DNA from: a bacterium
GTDB taxonomy: Bacteria > Electryoneota > JAOADG01
Assembly: GCA_963681965.1 (NCBI GenBank)
Contig: OY820579.1
Coordinates: 1,632,001 to 1,696,000 of the forward strand
Direction: 5' to 3'
DNA: 64,000 bases
The first letter of the stretch is position 1, and each line of letters begins with the position of its first letter. This document shows positions 59,071 through 64,000 of the stretch, one piece after another. A program made the position numbers and the translations under genes. The notes under the pieces are model-generated. The model saw only the letters and a list, made by a program, of their open reading frames with translations, ran no database searches and had not been told where the DNA came from.

Positions 59071-59099
59071 CCGAAGCACCTCAAAGAAATATCTTACGC

Positions 59100-59621
59100 T
59101 TAAAACCAAGTGGTTTTACGATACTCGCGGTATTCGGGTATACGTGCGATCAGCATTTTTTCTTCCAGTGCTCGCCAGAATAAGACATTGAATATTCCGA
59201 GTAATCCGAGTAGTTGTGCTGTACACCCTTGTTTGAATAGGGGAAAGCCGATCAGCCAGCAGATAAACGCCACGTACATGGGATGGCGAAGTACCCGGTA
59301 CAGACCGTTTTTTACCAATGGTGCCGTATCGCTTTCGAAAAACCGGAGCTGGATCAGCGCTGTAAGAAAGAGGATGATACCGGCAAGACTAATACCCAGT
59401 CCACTATACCGCACGATGTCCGGAAAATTGTAGTGGCATGAATCACTGTCGCAGAGTCCGAACCACGACAACCAGAGCACCATCATATTGGCAAACAACA
59501 ACCAGAAAACTGGGCGTGAAGTTTTGATTTTGCCGCGATATTTAAGAAAATCGTAAAGCGATCGAATCGCGAGAGTTAACAAGAAAATTGTGGCAAGAAG
59601 GTAGAAGCTAGGCATATACAT
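59100..59621 (-). CDS. Isoprenylcysteine carboxyl methyltransferase/PEMT-family membrane protein
   Basis: LVKNGLYRVLRHPMY, EEKML, YREYRK. Confidence 0.88.
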   Translation of the reverse strand: MYMPSFYLLATIFLLTLAIRSLYDFLKYRGKIKTSRPVFWLLFANMMVLWLSWFGLCDSDSCHYNFPDIVRYSGLGISLAGIILFLTALIQLRFFESDTAPLVKNGLYRVLRHPMYVAFICWLIGFPLFKQGCTAQLLGLLGIFNVLFWRALEEKMLIARIPEYREYRKTTWF

Positions 59622-60100
59622 GCTCCTGTAGAATTAATTGAAATTTAACAAGAATTTTGAGTAATGAAAAGAATATTCGAATAATTTAATTTCAAGATAC
59701 TTATCTCCAGTTGTATAAATGCGTTAGTAAATATCAGATTGCTGCACTTGAGTGATTACAAGAATTGTATTATGAATGCACGAACAGCATTTATGAATTT
59801 CATACCGAATTTGGCAATAGCGAGACACGATTGGAACGTTGTGAGTGGGTGTACCGGAACTATTCAGGTGTTTAAAACGTAGAAATACCGCAAGTAGATA
59901 AGACAGAATTCAGTAAAATGTTGTTTTGAATAGATATAATTAGCCAGTATTGAGATATTTTTAATAAATTATTCGGAACAGTTCACTATTGCGTGCCTCT
60001 TGTACATTGAGTATTTTTTACGATTATTCGCGTGCATCAACTGCCCCGGTTCCAGAATGTGGAACTGTTAATTTGGTGCGAATCCCAGATAGGAGGGTAC

Positions 60101-61303
60101 TTGGAAGGCAATATCACTTGGATTGATCGACTTGAGACATTGTCGCGGTACCGCCGTTTTTTATTACGTTGGTTGCTGTTTTGGATTGTTGCCGGTGTAG
60201 TCGCCGCCTTCGTTTGGCCACCTCGCTATCGTGCCGAAGCGAGTTTTTTACCACCGACTGAGGATAATAGTGGACTTCTCGGCGCACTTGGACCACAATT
60301 TAAAATCAGCAACTCATCCGATATCGAGGGTGGCGGTTTCTTTGCCGTTCTTCATTCCCATCGGCTGCGCGATTCGCTTGATCTTCGATACGATTTTCGA
60401 AAACGTTACAGCGAGACCAAATTGGATAAAGCCTATGCCAGTTTCGACGACCACATCGAATTTGCCACAGAATCCGAAGAAGGTATCGGCTTAGCCCGCA
60501 TTCATGCCTACTATATCCGCGTCAATGATAAGAAACCGGAAGATGCGGCAGCAATTGCTAATTCGATAATCCATTTTTCGGATCGTATTGTCTCGGAATT
60601 GACTTCTCAACGTCAACGTTTGACACGCGAATTTTTGGAAACCCGCGTCTCGGCATCGAAAGAATCGTTGCGCATCGCCGAAGATTCGCTTCGATCATTT
60701 TCACAGCGAACCGGTATCATTGCACCCGATGTTCAAATCGAGGCAACGATTAAAGCGTTGGCTTCGTTTAAAGAACAGATTGCTGCTACCGACGTTCAAC
60801 TCCACGTGATTCGCACTACCATGGGCAATTCCCATCCTTCGGTTCGCGAAATCGAAGAACGTCGGAAAGAATTGGAAAAACTCCGCGACGAGCTATCCGG
60901 TAAGCTTGATCAAACAGCTCCGACAGACATGATCGGTCTTCGACAATCTCCGGACCTAGCGTTGACTTATTCTCGGCTATATCGAAAAGTTCGAACCGAA
61001 GAAACCCTGTTCGCTTTTTTAGCGACTCAGCTGGAACAAGCCCGTATCGGTGAATTACGTAATGCACCGGTTTTGCGTGTGCTAGATTATGCCAAAGCAC
61101 CCGAATCCAGAAAGTGGCCGATACGATCGGTTGTGGTGATATTGGGATTGATCCTGGGTTTAATTAGCGGTTTACTATGGGTTGGCTGGGTGGAATGGCT
61201 GAAAGCAATCCAGAATTCCGAGTTTGAGCATAAGTTCAAGTCATTGCTTACCCAATACTCACCAAAAACACTTTGGCACATTCTCATTGGCAAAGAAGAA
61301 TGA
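60101..61303 (+). CDS. Wzz/GumC-type polysaccharide chain-length determinant
   Basis: N- and C-terminal TM helices, coiled coil, VLDYAKAPESRKWP; GGAGG before TTG 60101. Confidence 0.85.
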   Translation: MEGNITWIDRLETLSRYRRFLLRWLLFWIVAGVVAAFVWPPRYRAEASFLPPTEDNSGLLGALGPQFKISNSSDIEGGGFFAVLHSHRLRDSLDLRYDFRKRYSETKLDKAYASFDDHIEFATESEEGIGLARIHAYYIRVNDKKPEDAAAIANSIIHFSDRIVSELTSQRQRLTREFLETRVSASKESLRIAEDSLRSFSQRTGIIAPDVQIEATIKALASFKEQIAATDVQLHVIRTTMGNSHPSVREIEERRKELEKLRDELSGKLDQTAPTDMIGLRQSPDLALTYSRLYRKVRTEETLFAFLATQLEQARIGELRNAPVLRVLDYAKAPESRKWPIRSVVVILGLILGLISGLLWVGWVEWLKAIQNSEFEHKFKSLLTQYSPKTLWHILIGKEE

Positions 61304-63087
61304 GCGACGTAGTGTCGACCCAGTCTTCTGCTCCTAATACCATACCGGGATTTCCGCTGTTTGTCAGCACCGCGATGGTTGTAGGGTTGGGTTTGTCATA
61401 TTTTGTTTTGCAATTACCACACAGCCGCTGGGTGATGTTATCATCACTGGTTGTCGGTGGAATAATTGCGCTATTCAAATTGGAATTTCCCGCTTTTTTC
61501 TTTCCAAGTCATACCAATTGGCCGATCCTTTTTTTGATTCCCTTTTGTGGTTTAATCGCCGGGTTCGGATATGGATACACCGGTTTGCCCGGTGGTATTT
61601 TTGTTCAAATTGCCCTCGTCTTAGGGTCATTCGGATTGTCCATTCTTCTCAATACGAATCTTTTTGTCTCGAGTAGAAACGGTGAACGATCGCTGTTATG
61701 GCGACTTATGCCACTCAGTTCGATTTGTTTCGGCGGAATCCTGCTCGTCGCATCCATGATCATGGGGAGAAATCGTTTTCTTCTTTACGGCAGTGTCGCT
61801 ACAATATTAATCTACCCAATCTTGTATATTGTTTTACGTTTGAAACATTACCCCATTTTAGCATTATCGTCAATGCTTTTGGGCATGTGGCCGTTGTTAT
61901 TCCGAATTAATATTATGTATTGGATTACAATAGGTTTGGGATTCGCGTTGATAGTTTTGGCGTTCTTCAGAACGGCAAAAGACAATCTCCCGTCAGTTTT
62001 TCCTGCCACAGCGATCTATGTAACCGGTTTCATCTATATTATTTGGTTGATATTGTCGTTGATGATTTCCCCAATCGCAACTTCCGGTTCATCGGTGAAG
62101 GTTGTTTTTTGCATAAGTCAACTAGTCTTTCTCTTCGGAATGCTGCAAAATATGCGATCGAAAGAAGATCTCTATTCAGTCGTTCTCGGTTATCTAATTG
62201 GCGCGTCGATCGTCATCGGTTTTTTAATTTTCAATACTTGGCAGCAGATTACTCACTTCAATCCGATCGTATTTTTGTTTAGCGGAATCCGAATTACAGT
62301 CATCGATCAAAATCCCAATGCCGCCATTCCTCCAGCTCTCACAACCCTCTTATTCGCTTTTGCATTTTTTATAAACAAACGCGGTCTCATTCAATACGCT
62401 GCTCTTTTCGTCGTATCAATATGTTTATTTCTGTTGTTTCTTTCCGGGTCCCGTTCCTCGCAAATTGCATTTTTAGTTGTCGGCGTTTTATTTACTGCGC
62501 GCGAACCAAAGTGGCGAAAATTCACTTTTGGTGGTCTCGCCGTATTGGTGGTATTAATCACAGCAGCTTATATCATCAATCCCGAAGTCACCAAAATCTT
62601 AACCCGTGCGCGCAATATGGACAGCGGTCGGCTTGAGTTGTGGCGAGGGGTATGGGAAATGATTCAACGGCGCCCGCTTTTTGGATTTGGTCCCGACGCC
62701 GGTCGAGTATGTCTTCCGCAATACATCAACGAGTTTACTACTACCTATTTAACTGGTTTAGGTGGAAGAGCGCACAATATATTTTTTAGCGAGATAATCG
62801 AGAGTGGTTTTGTCGGTTTTCTCTTATTATCGACTATCTACTTCTTTATGTGGCGTTGGTTGAAACGGATTCCCAATCGTGAATCATCACCATGGAAATT
62901 TGCCGCGATGAGCATTTTTATCGCTTACACGTTTCGCGGACTCTTTCAATCGGACGGAATATTATTTATTCACAGTGTTCTAGGTGAATGCTATCCGCCA
63001 CTGTTGGCATTAATTGTTGCAACTGGGGATGTACTTCCCGACACAACAGACAAATCCACATTTTTCCTTGAAAAGGAATTAAATTGA
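61300..63087 (+). CDS. O-antigen ligase/polymerase family membrane protein
   Basis: NPN, SGSRS, GRLELW, PLFGFG, AHNIF..E.G motifs; ATGA overlap with the upstream gene. Confidence 0.85.
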   Translation: MSDVVSTQSSAPNTIPGFPLFVSTAMVVGLGLSYFVLQLPHSRWVMLSSLVVGGIIALFKLEFPAFFFPSHTNWPILFLIPFCGLIAGFGYGYTGLPGGIFVQIALVLGSFGLSILLNTNLFVSSRNGERSLLWRLMPLSSICFGGILLVASMIMGRNRFLLYGSVATILIYPILYIVLRLKHYPILALSSMLLGMWPLLFRINIMYWITIGLGFALIVLAFFRTAKDNLPSVFPATAIYVTGFIYIIWLILSLMISPIATSGSSVKVVFCISQLVFLFGMLQNMRSKEDLYSVVLGYLIGASIVIGFLIFNTWQQITHFNPIVFLFSGIRITVIDQNPNAAIPPALTTLLFAFAFFINKRGLIQYAALFVVSICLFLLFLSGSRSSQIAFLVVGVLFTAREPKWRKFTFGGLAVLVVLITAAYIINPEVTKILTRARNMDSGRLELWRGVWEMIQRRPLFGFGPDAGRVCLPQYINEFTTTYLTGLGGRAHNIFFSEIIESGFVGFLLLSTIYFFMWRWLKRIPNRESSPWKFAAMSIFIAYTFRGLFQSDGILFIHSVLGECYPPLLALIVATGDVLPDTTDKSTFFLEKELN

Positions 63088-63245
63088 TCTGTTGATATCT
63101 CTTATCTCATCATTATCATTCCCAGTCTGTGGGTAATCATGGGTAAGCAACACATTCGACTCAAAGAAAATCTCGTCGCGACCTACATCCAAAAGGGTCA
63201 CCACCGAGGTTTCTATAAGTTGTCACGATTATTACGAGGACTACT

Positions 63246-63584
63246 GGGTGTGCCCACAATATCTTCTTTACTGAAGCTGTCGAAACCGGATTGATCGGAG
63301 CTTTTCTCTTGATTTTCGCGCATTTCGAAGCGTGGCGTTGGATGCGTAAGCTTCCTAGTAAATGTGGGTCATATCTTCGACTGGCAGGTCTTTCTATCTT
63401 CACAGTTGTTGCAATTCGAGGAATTTTCGAATCGGTTGGAGCACTATATATCCACGGTTTTATTGGCGATTGCTACCCGACCATTCTTGCAATGACGATT
63501 TCATTCGGAGGAATTTTATTTTCCAATACCGATGAATCATCGAAATCGAATATCAATCTGAATGAACTCATTCAAGCTGAGTGA
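63246..63584 (+). pseudogene. Remnant of a second O-antigen ligase-like gene (C-terminal part only)
   Basis: AHNIFFTEAVETG...RGIFESVGALYIH..GDCYP aligns by eye with AHNIFFSEIIESG...RGLFQSDGILFIH..GECYP of the upstream gene; in-frame TAA at 63216. Confidence 0.75.
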
Positions 63585-63647
63585 TTACGATTCGGTATGG
63601 TCTGTTATCGACGATTCGAGTTTTCAACCATTATTATAGTGTAATCC

Positions 63648-64000
63648 ATGAGTAACTCAGAAACCGAAAAATTGAAACCACGCAAATCGATACTTCACGT
63701 AACCGGTCTACTCATGGTTACCCGTGGCGCTAGCTCGGCACTGGGTATGGTTCGAGAAATCACGATTGCGGCAATCTTCGGTGCATCCCGCATTGTCGAT
63801 GCATTCGCTGTCGCAAGTGTATTCCACAATCAGATATTCTCGACTCTTAGTAACGTCCTCGCCAGTACATTGATCCCTCACTATGTGTCGGTAAAAGCCG
63901 AACAAGGCGAATTTGCCGCCAAGCAGATGGTTCGCGCGATCACAATGCAATTAATCGCGATAATGACACTAATATCGTTGTTGGGATTTATTTTCGCAGC
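63648..64000 (+). CDS. murJ: MurJ/MviN-like flippase, partial
   Basis: LGMVREITIAAIFGASRIVDAF...LIP; runs off the window end. Confidence 0.75.
   Translation, partial: MSNSETEKLKPRKSILHVTGLLMVTRGASSALGMVREITIAAIFGASRIVDAFAVASVFHNQIFSTLSNVLASTLIPHYVSVKAEQGEFAAKQMVRAITMQLIAIMTLISLLGFIFA

Overview
Bacterial chromosomal window, probably from an FCB-superphylum lineage (inferred from several secreted proteins with a T9SS/FlgD-like C-terminal domain starting 'NYPNPFN' or 'AFPNPFN'). The left half is mostly core and envelope genes: an FN3/LVIVD lipoprotein, an S8 protease, a fused homoaconitase, an E1-alpha subunit, a six-tRNA cluster, infC-rpmI-rplT-pheS-pheT-zapB-like-zapA-6S RNA, DpsL, ymdB and a gingipain-like C25 protein. 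An 11.6 kb element (35869-47440) is integrated in tRNA-His and bounded by a 46-bp direct repeat. It carries a tyrosine integrase, a primase-helicase, an XRE regulator and a five-gene putative defence operon: a Type III-like methyltransferase, a Res-like helicase without its nuclease domain, two separate TnsA-like PD-(D/E)XK nucleases (one with a predicted membrane anchor) and a RES-domain protein. This operon is the best candidate for an undescribed system. The tRNA-His lacks the canonical G-1:C73 pair. Further right are three tandem paralogues sharing an N-terminal domain I do not recognise, an ammonia-lyase with Ala-Cys-Gly at the MIO site, a trypsin-like gene split by an IS3-family element, REP-like repeat mosaics and the start of a polysaccharide locus. 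All calls come from reading motifs by eye; no database searches were run.
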